A stretch of DNA of 64,000 nt, from contig OZ024750.1 of the NCBI GenBank assembly GCA_964016885.1, positions 19,778,001 through 19,842,000 on the forward strand, in the 5' to 3' direction. The translations under genes were made by a program, and so were the position numbers. This document shows positions 13,757 to 27,077 of this stretch, in pieces. The notes below the pieces were generated by a model. The model saw nothing but the letters and a program-made list of their open reading frames with translations. It had not been told where the DNA came from and did not search any database. Every line of letters starts with the position of its first letter. Positions within the stretch are counted from its first letter, which is position 1. The stretch is from Eledone cirrhosa. Lineage: Eukaryota.

Positions 13757-13994
13757 TCCTGTGTCAGTGTTGAACAAAAAGGTGACGTGGTTGCCTAAAC
13801 ACTATACGGCGTAATTCGGGCTGTTTGTTTGTTTACAAACAAACAAACCGAGCATTATAATAAATGTTCGGTAAACCGATACGTGCATATATATATGTGT
13901 GCATGTGTGTATATATATATATACATACTACTGTACATCTGTATACATATATGTATGTACGTATACATCCATACTTACATTTATATATATATAT

Positions 13995-14950
13995 ATGAAC
14001 GAAATCCAACCGTGACCATCCCCACTGAAAGTTTTCGTGAAATAGTCCTTTCAAGACTATACATAGCATTTGAAGCTGTCCCAAATTGAAGGTTGAGTAC
14101 TTTAGACTTTGTTTTATCATGAGTTAAGGCTCTATTGATTGTTACCTGGATTTCTCTAAATTCTGTTGCATAAATCTATATCCTGATTCCTTTTGAATTG
14201 AGTCTGAATTATTTTTCCCATATCTTATGTTATCTATTTTCCCATTCTGACGCTATAGTCACTTATATGTTATGGAATACTGTTAGCTTCTCGCTACAAC
14301 AATTTCTATACTTTTCATTTATATATATATATTCGGATTTATTTCCTAGAGTGCTTAAATTATTTGTGACTAATCCCGGTATTTTTTTTTTTAAAAGACC
14401 GCGATGTTATTGCTTTTTGCTGAACTACTTTTGTAGAGTTTTCTTTCGGAATGTTTTTGACTGTTGTTTCATGTAAACAAACATTTGTCTCATTATGACG
14501 TCACCAGCCCTGTTTTTCCACATGTGCGTTTATTTTAATAATCACGCATGATGTTAAACTAGCCTGCTTTTAAATTCCCTTTTTGGCATATTACCAGTGA
14601 GACCTTGGTTAACATTTTGAGCTCTGCTGATGAACGAAATACAACCGTGACCATCCCCACTGAAAGTTTTCGTGAAATAGTCTTTTCAAGACTATACAGA
14701 GCATTTGAAGTTGTCCCAAATTGAAGGTTGAGTACTTTAGACTTTGTTTTATCATGAGTTAAGGCTCTATTGATTTTTAATTGGATTTCTCTAAATTCTG
14801 TTGGATAAATCTATATCCTAATTCCTTTTGAATTGAGGCTGAATTATTTTTCCCATATCTTATGTTAACTATTTTCCCATGTTGACGCTATAGTCACTTA
14901 TATGTTATGGAATACTGTAGCTTCTCGCTACAACAATTTCTATACTTTTC

Positions 14951-14954
<4 letters not shown>
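13995..14954 (+). mobile_element. Non-coding element with ~325-bp direct repeats (period ~635 bp) carrying an HHR
   Basis: 13995-14320 is highly similar to 14630-14954. The first copy starts inside the HHR core (ATGAACGAAA) right after (TA)n, and both copies end in TA runs. Confidence 0.85.
14621..14702 (+). ncRNA. Complete type I hammerhead ribozyme with a stable stem III
   Basis: GCTCTG-CTGATGA-ACGAAA...TTTCGT-GAA-ATAGTCTT-TTC-AAGACTAT-A-CAGAGC. All three stems are fully paired; predicted cleavage after AUA at 14696. Confidence 0.93.
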
Positions 14955-15003
<49 letters not shown>

Positions 15004-15334
15004 ACAGGGAACCAAGGACAACCACAGACATAGATATGTACTTTTCTCTCTAAACATGTATTTAAAAACTATTAATTTTTCTTCCCCTTTTATTATTCCC
15101 ATATATATGCAACTAAATGTATTTTGCACATTCGCAATTGAAAAAAAGCATATAATGCTGAAATCGGTACCAATATTATATGCGGAAATACCCACTTTAT
15201 AAATACATGTTTTGATATTATATACAAAATTATCTATCCAGCATTTTGTACGGAAAATATTTTTTTTCCTTTTTACTATTTGTTTATATATATCGATACG
15301 TTTATATATATATATCGATACTTTTCTACATTCC

Positions 15335-15437
<103 letters not shown>

Positions 15438-15518
15438 ATATATATATTTACATATGTCCCAAGGCTCTGAAACCATCAACACCAAAAACACAAAGCTGGC
15501 ATATATAAGAACTGACTA

Positions 15519-15574
15519 ACTGCCTGATGAGGTCATAGCCATTCAATGGCTATCATCGAAAAATATATAGCAGT
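15519..15574 (+). ncRNA. Minimal type I hammerhead ribozyme (ACTGC/GCAGT family)
   Basis: ACTGC-CTGATGA-GGTCATAGCC-ATTCAAT-GGCTATCATC-GAAA-AATATA-TA-GCAGT. Confidence 0.85.
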
Positions 15575-15615
15575 AAATAAAGGTTTATGAGTTCATGCAA
15601 TCGACTTATGTTTCG

Positions 15616-15683
<68 letters not shown>

Positions 15684-15705
15684 ATATATATATTTATATA
15701 TATAA

Positions 15706-15910
15706 GTGAGAAAAACCACAAACCCTCCATCTCAATTCTACGTTTGAAAAGCAGAAGAAATGCAAAACCGGTAAAGGAGCCAAATAAAAAAATATTTTTA
15801 TAAAAAGACTCCAGTTGCATTTTCGATTTCATCTTTTTTCCTTATACTTTCACTCATGTAGGACACCTCGTTTATTTTTTTCATTTTGTAAAAAAACTTC
15901 ACTTTCTAAT
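15706..15910 (+). mobile_element. Copy of the ~205-bp UUGAAAA-HHR family (core mutated GAAA->AAAA)
   Basis: GTGAGAAAAACCACA...CACTTTCTAAT, paralogous to 22764-22975 and 25275-25486; flanked by (TA)n. Confidence 0.85.
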
Positions 15911-16221
15911 ATATATATATATATATATTTACAGGGAGTGTTACTGTAGGTTCACCGAGGTGACCACTCGATGTTTAGATTCATGTCTGTAGCCAGGTGT
16001 AGATCTAAACAGAGTATACATATAATAATACATGGGTGATCTGTTATGCCTTCATTACTTTTATTAGTGCCGCGCGTTTCGCTATTGATCAGCTCAAGGT
16101 TCGATCCGTATTGATCTGGCACGACTTTGGAATCAAAACGTCGGCGGAACTCTATTTGCTGCAACTATGACTATAATGACTCATAGCACACCATTTCCAG
16201 AGCAAGACTGGTCTCTTAATA

Positions 16222-16414
16222 TAATTGTTTCTACTTTTGGCACAAAGCCAGCAATCCACCAGTACATTACTGCTACTTTATTTTATCGACCCCGTAAGGA
16301 TGAAAGGCTAAGTTAACCTCGGCGGGATTTGAACTCAGATCATAAAGGGCTGTAACTCTTTGTTGCAAAGCATGGCGTCCGGCCCTCTTCCGATACTGCC
16401 AACCCTCCGCCCTC
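16222..16414 (-). mobile_element. Near-complete SINE family A
   Basis: TAATTGTTTCTACTTTTGGCACAA...GGATTTGAACTC...CGATACTGCCAACCCTCCGCCCTC. Confidence 0.85.
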
Positions 16415-16701
16415 GAAAACTAAAAAAAGGTTACATGAACCTCTCCACCAGGATTGAATCCAATCTCAGGATCTCCACCGCCTCTGGTACCTACCGCTAG
16501 ACTCCAGACACGTTCTGTGTCATTGTATGCAGTTAATTGATCGGGAGAGTCAGGGAGGGCTGATACACGGAATGTTGAGAGAGTCGGATCATTTTAGGCA
16601 GTTGGGGATCACCTTTAACTTTCCATCTTCCCAGATCATATATTGAGGCTTCACTTACACTAGAATTGATTGGAAACTGATATAATGATTTTCCCACTAA
16701 T

Positions 16702-16961
16702 GTGTGTGAGTGTGTGACAGCTCACACCTATGCAGGTTTAGCTGGCCTCCTTCAAGGTATATCTCGGTGGAGGTGTCTTGGGTAATTTAATGATAGGAAC
16801 CCCCAGTCCTATTATCTTATTTCTATACCTGGGTAAACTGGTGCAACGTGAAATAAACTGTCTTGCTCAAAGAAACAACACATCATCCGGTCCGAGAACT
16901 GAACTCACAACCTTTCGATTGCAAGCCCAATGTTCTAACCACTAAGCCATGCGCCTTCACA
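16702..16961 (-). mobile_element. CORE-type tRNA SINE (family B) with target-site duplication
   Basis: tRNA-like head GGCGCATGGCTTAGTGGTTAG...GAGTTCAGTTCTC on minus; TSD TTCCCACTAAT at 16691 and 16962. Confidence 0.8.
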
Positions 16962-17280
16962 TTCCCACTAATACTAACCATTAATTAAAAGAATCTAACG
17001 TTTGGAAACTACCGTTGTCGTATGAAGTATTTTGTGACTTTGAAAACATATTCATAGCTAGAGAAAATTAGTGTAGTGAAAAGTGGCAATAACAAACACA
17101 AAACTAAGTACTAATACAATGTACTACAGAAAACAAGTATAGAACAAGTGTGATATTCTTCACACAAGCACTCACACCCTCACACACAGACACATACGTA
17201 TGCATATATATATGTGTGTCTGTGTGTCTGTATGTGTATGTATATATATATATATACAACACACACACACACACACACGC

Positions 17281-17328
<48 letters not shown>

Positions 17329-18006
17329 ATATATATATAACGTACATTACTTCAAAGCTCGCAATCCCCTCTTCTCTAACACCGATAAAGTTATAGCATG
17401 AAAACATATATGAAAATACAACAAAACCTGTTTCTGTTCTATTCTATTAGTATATCTGAAACACCTAATTGCTTCAGACTGCTATTAGATATTGTCTCTG
17501 TTCGAAATATACGAAATGTATGTTACTTTTATCAGAACAATGGCAGATAATAATCCTAAATATGTGATTTCCCATGATGTGCTTCTAAAATAGAGATGGA
17601 AAGAACGATACGTTTAACTCTCTTCATGTGAGACTATTAACTTTTTCCTGTTTTTTGTTTGTTGTCGTTTCATTCAATATAAATATTGAGAAGTTTAAGA
17701 TTATGTGTTACAACTGTAAGATAATTCATGCAAGAGTGGTGCCTTCAGATAGGGATTTATATATCAAAGCATACCTTATGTATATATTAATATATAAATA
17801 TATATGTATATATTAATTCGTGTTAGGCAATTACAGACATTTCATTATCTAAACTTGAGCCCTCGATTTAGTGCGCAGGTGGGTCTTTTTACTCCGGCCT
17901 ATATTCTGTTATTATTTCTGGCAATATTATTACAACAATATGAACCCCCCCCCACCTGAAGTATAACAATATTTGTTTTTCACACGATTTCATATCAAAA
18001 CCCTTG

Positions 18007-18082
<76 letters not shown>

Positions 18083-18085
18083 ATA

Positions 18086-18156
<71 letters not shown>

Positions 18157-18159
18157 ATA

Positions 18160-18209
<50 letters not shown>

Positions 18210-18222
18210 ATACTCAGAAACG

Positions 18223-18284
<62 letters not shown>

Positions 18285-18317
18285 GTATTTATATATTTAT
18301 ATATCTATGTATATTTA

Positions 18318-18430
<113 letters not shown>

Positions 18431-18490
18431 AAATATATATATAGATATATAAATATATAAATATATATATAAATATATATATATATATAA

Positions 18491-18530
<40 letters not shown>

Positions 18531-18643
18531 TTCTATTTCTATATCTATATATATATTTATATATATATATATATATAAATATATATATAGATATATAAAT
18601 ATATAAATATATATATATGAATATATATATATATATATATATA

Positions 18644-18689
<46 letters not shown>

Positions 18690-18775
18690 GAGGTTATATT
18701 TAATTTATTGGGATTCAACAAGCTTAAAAATCTTTATTTCCGGGTATGTCAATATTTATTTATAAAACTAATCTG

Positions 18776-18841
18776 TATTTTATCTGATGAAAGCGCACGA
18801 TAAATTACCTTGGTTGTCCTTGAAACATGAATAATAAAGTA
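18776..18841 (+). ncRNA. Type I hammerhead (TATTTTAT family), partly degenerate
   Basis: TATTTTAT-CTGATGA-AAG...CTT-GAAA-CATGAA-TA-ATAAAGTA, followed by the tail AAATATGGTTTTATAAA shared with the 9.4 and 29.1 kb copies. Confidence 0.7.
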
Positions 18842-18909
18842 AATATGGTTTTATAAATATAGTTTCCATTTATTAATATATTGTATATATATATATATAT
18901 ATATATATG

Positions 18910-19085
18910 TAGACTCTCGGGTCCACAATTGTAAGCGGGGGCGGTTAAAAATCATTACATTTTCTAGGTTTTCACTTTTGATTTATATAAAAACCAGTAT
19001 TAGTCGTTTAGTCTATATATTGAGAAGCTACGGCTTCTTAAAACTGTATTTATTTGGAGATACGAAATATTTATGCATATATATA

Positions 19086-19159
<74 letters not shown>

Positions 19160-19646
19160 AATATTTCGTATCTTCAAAGAAACACAGTTTTAGGAAGACG
19201 TAGCTATGCAAACACCGGGGGCTAACGCCCTCTCGTGATGTCGAGCAGATGCAAGGGGGACAACCGTCTATGCATTTCAGGCTTAACTGGCCTTCGTCAG
19301 CACGGTCCCTCCCAGCGCTTGCGACTGCTGGACTAGAAGACAGGCGAGAATATATACTTTTCTCGTCTGTGTAAATGTGGTGATTAATCTCATTTGCATA
19401 TAAAGCAGCATAAGTTGGATCAACTTATAATAAAAAAAGAAATAGGATTTCGCTTCCAGTATAGCTTTATACAATATGTATAAATATTTTGTATCTCCAA
19501 AGAAATAAAGTTTTAGGAAGCCGTAGCTATGCAAACACCATGCAGCTTCATATGCAAATGAGATTTCATATGCACCTGCATTTCTTTGGAGATACGAAAT
19601 ATTTATACATATCGTATAAAGCTATGCTTGAAGCGAACTCCTATTT

Positions 19647-19650
<4 letters not shown>
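18910..19650 (-). mobile_element. Non-coding HHR element with a ~323-bp partial tandem repeat and several inverted segments
   Basis: ATAAATAT...GTAGCTATGCAAACACC at 19157 and 19480. Inverted copies at ~19027-19079, ~19540-19566 and ~19580-19650. Confidence 0.75.
19263..19306 (-). ncRNA. Minimal type I hammerhead ribozyme
   Basis: Minus strand: ACCGTG-CTGACGA-AGGC-CAGTTAA-GCCT-GAAA-TGCA-TA-GACGGT; palindromic stem III AUGCAU; one G.G mismatch at the base of stem I. Confidence 0.85.
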
Positions 19651-19737
<87 letters not shown>

Positions 19738-20628
19738 GAAAGACAGGCCGACATATAAATAGAAACATGCATAAAGACGTGCATTCTAACAAGTTGCTTC
19801 CCCTACAAAAAATATGTCTATACTTTTTTGTTCCCAAACATTGTGCTGCGAATTCAAATATGTATGATATTCAATTTGGTCTTTTAAATTTTGGTTTCGA
19901 CAAAATAAATTATCGAGGGCAAATATTTTAACCGTTGGATGAAATATATTGCACCATGTGTCCTGCCTGATTGCGTTATGAATTCCCCTGGTTGAATAAC
20001 ACAACGAGTATCTTGAGCGACGTTGTTGCAAATATTCCTTGAGAGGTCTTTCGTTTAGGTATAAATTTCTCCTTCCACATCAGACACCACATATAGCCTA
20101 GAAGCAGCTATGAAATTTTCACTTCATTAAAACGACGTTTACATGTAATTTACAATATAGTTGAAGATAAATTTTTGCAAAGGAAAATTACTATGATTTT
20201 GTGTGTGAATATGTGTGTTTATACACGTGTGTGAATCTGTCTTTTTGTGCCCAGCATGATTACATACACTGGCCAAGTACACACATACTACGCAAAAAAT
20301 CAATTAAAATAATATTGTTTATTCAATTATTCTTTTCAATCTAGACATTAATTAAATGCAAATAGAATCAACAGGATTATTATTCTCCAAACAAAATGAT
20401 GATCAAACATTTTATTTCATTTAATAAGAGCAGCTGCCCATTTAATATTTTCAAAGATGTTATAGTGTGTTTATTTGACCGCAACAAACAAAGCGATTGT
20501 CATAAGATACATGTGAAATAATAATGTGGGTAAAGGTTTCAAAATTTTACCCAACCAGTATTTTCTGATGTAGAAAGACAATTATATATTGTACTGTTTG
20601 GTGTAGAAAGCAATATTTATATATATAT

Positions 20629-20673
20629 AGTCCAAACCCATGCAAGAATGACGTTAAACGATGATGATCATGA

Positions 20674-20677
<4 letters not shown>
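20629..20677 (+). mobile_element. Extreme 3' stub of an RTE element with (GAT)n tail
   Basis: GTCCAAACCCATGCAAG...GACGTTAAACGATGATGAT matches the reverse complement of 6576-6635. Confidence 0.7.
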
Positions 20678-20762
<85 letters not shown>

Positions 20763-20851
20763 ATATTATATATATATATATATATATATGTGTATAAATA
20801 TATATATATATGAGAGTATTGAAGTCTGCTTGAAGCATTGTGGAATAATAA

Positions 20852-21029
20852 GATTTATTTTCTTTTGGTCGATTTGGAAGCCTCAACAATGCAGATGGGT
20901 AATTCTCCGGGTAACAAGATCCGGTGGCGAAGAGAGAGACATCTCTCTCTTCACCACCGGATCTTGTTACCTGGAGAATTACCCATCTGCATTGATGAGG
21001 CTTCCAAGACGACTAAAAGAAAATAAATC
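20852..21029. repeat. ~88-bp-arm palindrome with a 2-nt centre, in a (TA)n-flanked island
   Basis: GATTTATTTTCTTTT...GAAGAGAGAGA-CA-TCTCTCTCTTC...AAAAGAAAATAAATC. Confidence 0.9.
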
Positions 21030-21175
21030 ATATATATATATATATATATGTATATAACAACTTAGCCATCGGGGTCCTGACTCTTTTCCTGTATATATTT
21101 ATATATATATATATATTTATATATTTATTAAAATAACAGATTAAAGTTTAAGCAAAGAATCGCTGCTTTCACCCT

Positions 21176-21239
<64 letters not shown>

Positions 21240-21300
21240 TTATATATACATATACATATACATACATACATTTATACATACACATACACAGACACACACT

Positions 21301-21387
<87 letters not shown>

Positions 21388-21388
21388 C

Positions 21389-21575
21389 AGGAAAATGTTT
21401 AACCCCGACGGCTGAGCTCAAGCCGTTTTGACGGCTATTTCCGAAATAACTGCCGAAACGGCTTGAGCTCTGCCGTCGGAGTTAAACATTTTCCTATTAC
21501 CACTCTACTAGCCTAAGTAATGAGTACTCTGGTACGTTATGGTCCATCTGGTTCCTTACCACTCTTCCTTCGTTA
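21389..21575. mobile_element. Fold-back element containing hammerhead 3' halves; paralogue at 62493-62610
   Basis: Palindrome 21389-21495 contains GAAA-CGGCTTGAGCTCTGCCG-TC-GGAGTT. The tail ATTACC-ACTCTACTA...CCTTCGTTA is shared with 62570-62650. Confidence 0.7.
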
Positions 21576-22262
21576 TATATATCTACATATATATGCACAT
21601 GCTTTGGAAGAGAAGTATAGTGTGCATGTGATATTTGAAGGGTGAATGTGATATGTTTATGCGCATATATGTACATTAACATTGCTAAATCTACGCGGAA
21701 ATCAGCAACCTTTGCCGTTGCCACAGATGATAATAGGAATTACCTTTTTTATATCTATCTAGATCACTTATATCAGCCAAAGTCAGTAGGTCTTTAATTG
21801 AGTTAAAGCTTGCTTTATTTAATCTGAGTTGCTTAGTAGGTTTTTCTTATTTCAAAGTTGAACATATGTTTAAATATAAATACAAAGTGAGTCTACATTG
21901 TATGTTTACTGTAATTGACCTAAATTATATAAACTTTAACATCTCTCCGAGACATACTTTCTTGTATGAATATGCTTTGTGCTTCATTTAATAATCTTAA
22001 ACAAATGTATTATATTCCTACTTATACATATATATGATAACAAAAAAAAATCCCATTAATTTCTATAAAGGAGTAGATTTTGTACGTTCAGCATATATTT
22101 AGTTAGACCCTCAAACGAATATAGCCTGCATTAAAATGCAACTGCTCAAAATAAATACTTTTCTCTATTTATTTGTTGGGATTATATTCTCGTGTAAACT
22201 TGAACCGAAGTGTATTCATGTGCTCACATACGCACACAAACGTATATACAATTAAAGTCATA

Positions 22263-22323
<61 letters not shown>

Positions 22324-22325
<2 letters not shown>

Positions 22326-22646
22326 TAGAATTGGTGCTCTGAAATAGCGATGTATACATGAATATATATATAGTATATTTGGCAATATGCTTAATTAAAA
22401 ACATTTTGAAGACCTTGCGCTATTATTTTAAAGTAGTGACTATGTCACTTACTTCTTTTTTCAACAAACAAAGGGAGATAAGCTGACAGATCTGTTTGTT
22501 GAAAAAAGAAGTAAGTGACATAGTCACTACTTTAAAATAATAGCGCAAGGTCTTCAAAATGTATTTAATTAAGCATACATTATATTGCCAAATATACTAT
22601 ATATATACTCTTGTATACATCGCTATTTTAGAGCACCAATTCTAAT
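22324..22646. repeat. ~150-bp-arm inverted repeat upstream of the UUGAAAA-HHR module
   Basis: 22324-22470 versus 22493-22646; left end at (TA)n. Confidence 0.9.
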
Positions 22647-22797
22647 TTTCTATTTCTGCTGGACCGGCAATCGCTCTGTATAATCAGTTCCTGATTATTG
22701 GAATTCTATAAGTATCCAGCATCTAAAAGTTTCAACAGGCATCGGCGAGTGCTAAGCTCTCATGTGAGAAAAACCACAGACCCTCCATCTCAACTCA

Positions 22798-22835
22798 CCT
22801 TTTGAAAAGCAGAAGAACTGCGAAACCGGTAAAGG
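22798..22835 (+). ncRNA. Minimal hammerhead with U3-A8 core variant
   Basis: CCTT-TTGAAAA-GCAG-AAGAA-CTGC-GAAA-CCGG-TA-AAGG. Confidence 0.75.
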
Positions 22836-23019
22836 AACCAAATAAATATATATATTTTAAAAAAAAATAAGACTTCAGTTGCATTTTCGATTTCATCCCT
22901 TTTTCTTTATACTTCCACTCGTGTAGGACACCTCGGTTATTTTTCATTTTGTAAAAAAAACCTCACTTTCTAATATATATATATATATATATATAAACTA
23001 TATATATATATAATATATT

Positions 23020-23051
<32 letters not shown>

Positions 23052-23211
23052 GGGGAAATGTAACGTCATGTTACTGTAGGTACACCAACATGAGCACTTG
23101 GTGCGTGGTTTCCAGTCGGTAGAGATGTGTACAAATGAGCAGAGTGTAATTATAATAATAATAAAAAGGACGATTTCTTATGTCTTCACTACGTTTATTA
23201 ATTACACACAT

Positions 23212-23244
<33 letters not shown>

Positions 23245-23272
23245 TACACATATATATATATATATACGTGTA

Positions 23273-23335
<63 letters not shown>

Positions 23336-23409
23336 GGGTTGTCTGTTGATATAAATAATAAAGATAACTTGACCCTACATTCTTCACTGTGAGACGTCTC
23401 TATTGATTT

Positions 23410-23531
23410 TGCTGAGATTATTCGTAGTCTTTCGATCGAAAGATGAAGGGGAAAACACTTAGTGTGAAGTTTGGGTTTGAAATAAATCTTTTGGGACATC
23501 AGTCCTGGAACTTTTCCGACCCACCTCGTAT
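23410..23531 (-). mobile_element. Tc1/mariner-like terminal fragment
   Basis: Minus strand begins TACGAGGTGGGTCGGAAAAGTTCC at a TA, a mariner-type TIR start. Confidence 0.5.
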
Positions 23532-23584
23532 ATATATAAAATACAATTTTCCTTCTACATGGCTGAATACAATAAATGTAATCT

Positions 23585-23762
23585 GAGTTTTTCAAATATT
23601 AATAATAACATTCGATTTGTTTGCAATTATGGAAACAAGTCTCAATATTATAGCCATGTCAGTAGAATGAACCCTTCATTCTTGCTCTTGTGTTGGCATG
23701 TGAACAGACCTGCAGACACTAATGTTTCTGGGTATCACCCTTCATCAGTACAGTTCACTGCA
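23585..23762 (+). mobile_element. Dispersed repeat, paralogue of 52280-52448 (mariner-like end)
   Basis: AATATTAATAATAAC/TATTCGATT...GACACTAATGTTTCTGGGT shared. The 52280 copy starts TACGAGGG. Confidence 0.6.
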
Positions 23763-23783
23763 TATATATATATCCCTTCTACT

Positions 23784-23825
<42 letters not shown>

Positions 23826-23837
23826 TAGAAGGGATAT

Positions 23838-25193
23838 TTAATTTTTGGAAATCCAACAAATATAAATGTTCATAACTGATTCAGAGCACTTGACAGTTTT
23901 CTGGAGAAAATATTCAATGATATTAAATAAATGGTAACTATATTTATAAAACAATATTTATTTATTCTAGTATATATATTTCAACGGTACCAAAAAAACT
24001 TTGGTACGCTTTCATGACATAAAATACAAAGAATATTTTATCAATGTTTACATAGCCAAGGAAAATCATATCTTATCAGTTGAATATTCTTTGGGTAGTG
24101 AGATTATAGAACGGACTTTTCAAACTTATGGATGAATATGCAAATGAATATGCAAATAATTAAGAAACCGTTATTTTAAACGCTATGGAAAGTTTAGATA
24201 TATAATAATAAGAGAGAAAGAAAGAAGAAGGAAAAAAGAAGGAAAAGGAAGCCCACATATAACGTTAATTTTGGGGAAATCTATTCGAACATTTATCTAT
24301 GTATATATTTATATGGATAATTATGTTTGTAAGTATGTATCTTATTATATTGTAGTGGGTTAAATATATATATCTATATATATTTTTTAATAGCATATGT
24401 ATTTTTATTAAAAGGATAATTTACAATTATTTGTTGTTCATAATATGATTTACGAGGGTGTTGATTTTTTGTTTTTAAGTAGATAAATAAATAAATAAAT
24501 AAATAGGTAGTTCAAGTTTTAGGTGGTTGTTCTAATATAAGTTACGAAGGATATTGATTTTGTATTTTATGTAAATAAAAATGTAGTTAAAATTGAGAAT
24601 GTTTTAAATTAAATTCACTGAGTTAGGTATAATATTTATATGAATGAAAAGGAAAGATAACTCAGATTTTATTTGTTATTCGATAGTGTGAGATTACTTA
24701 ATTATTTAGTCAAAAGAAATATGGATGTTTAGGATACATTTTGGTAATCAGTTAATGGTTAGTAATCTACTTTAAAATAATTTAGAAATAAAAAAAATTA
24801 TAAAAATTAAAAAATTAAAAAATTAAAAAATGAAAATATATAAAATTGAAAATATAAAAAAAAATATTTTTTTAAATAAAAAATAAAAAAATTAAAATTA
24901 AAATTAAAATGTAAACATTAGAATTATATCCATAAGTATATATTATAAGACATTTTTCTAAAAGGTGGAAGCAATACAAATATTGGAGATATGATTTATA
25001 GATATTATTATATTAAAAATATAAATTGTTAAAGCAGTAAGTTATATATAGTTCTGAATGTAGAATTCTGGCGATGTTTGCAGGAACTAAATAATTGTGT
25101 TCTGAAATTAATAGAGTTTTGACGGTTAATTATATAAAAACATTCTTCAATACACAATTTAAAGATACTGATAAAGCCGTGTTTAGGTATATT
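23838..25193 (-). mobile_element. 5'-truncated Penelope-like element: endonuclease C-terminus, long AT-rich 3' region, degenerate HHR (23963-24026) and tail
   Basis: 25193->25029 translates to NIPKHGFISIFKLCIEECFYIINRQNSINFRTQLFSSCKHRQNSTFRTIYNLLL*, resembling the CxLCxxExxxI...LNxRxE...CxH terminus of PLE GIY-YIG ORFs. The HHR keeps stem II GTACCAAA/TTTGGTAC and GAAA but its core reads GTCATGA. Confidence 0.7.
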
Positions 25194-25308
25194 TATATAT
25201 ATATATATATATAAAGAAAAAGAGATGAAATCGAAAATGCAACTGGAGTCTTATTTTTTTAAGTCTTATTTTTTGTGAGAAAAACCACAGGCCCTCCATC
25301 TCAACTCA

Positions 25309-25346
25309 CCTTTTGAAAAGCAGAAGAACTGCGAAACCGGTAAAGG
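25309..25346 (+). ncRNA. Minimal hammerhead with U3-A8 core variant
   Basis: Identical motif to 22798-22835. Preceded by an inverted piece of its own tail (25213-25262). Confidence 0.75.
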
Positions 25347-25484
25347 AACCAAATAAATATATATATTTAAAAAAAAAATAAGACTCCAGTTGCATGTTCG
25401 ATTTCATCTCTTTTTCTTTATACTTTCACTCGTGTAGGACACCTCGGTTATTTTTCATTTTGTAAAAAAAAACCTCACTTTCTA

Positions 25485-27077
<1,593 letters not shown>

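Larger units (their letters stand above)
13122..13982 (+). mobile_element. Non-coding PLE/retrozyme-like element: inverted copy plus ~443-bp partial tandem repeat
   Basis: AAAAAGGTGACGTGGTTGCC recurs at ~13333 and ~13776. 13122-13325 is the reverse complement of ~13385-13585. HHR at 13714. (TA)n on both sides. Confidence 0.8.

Noticed and set aside
16880-16961. tRNA-like sequence
   Set aside because: It is a SINE head, not a full cloverleaf tRNA gene.
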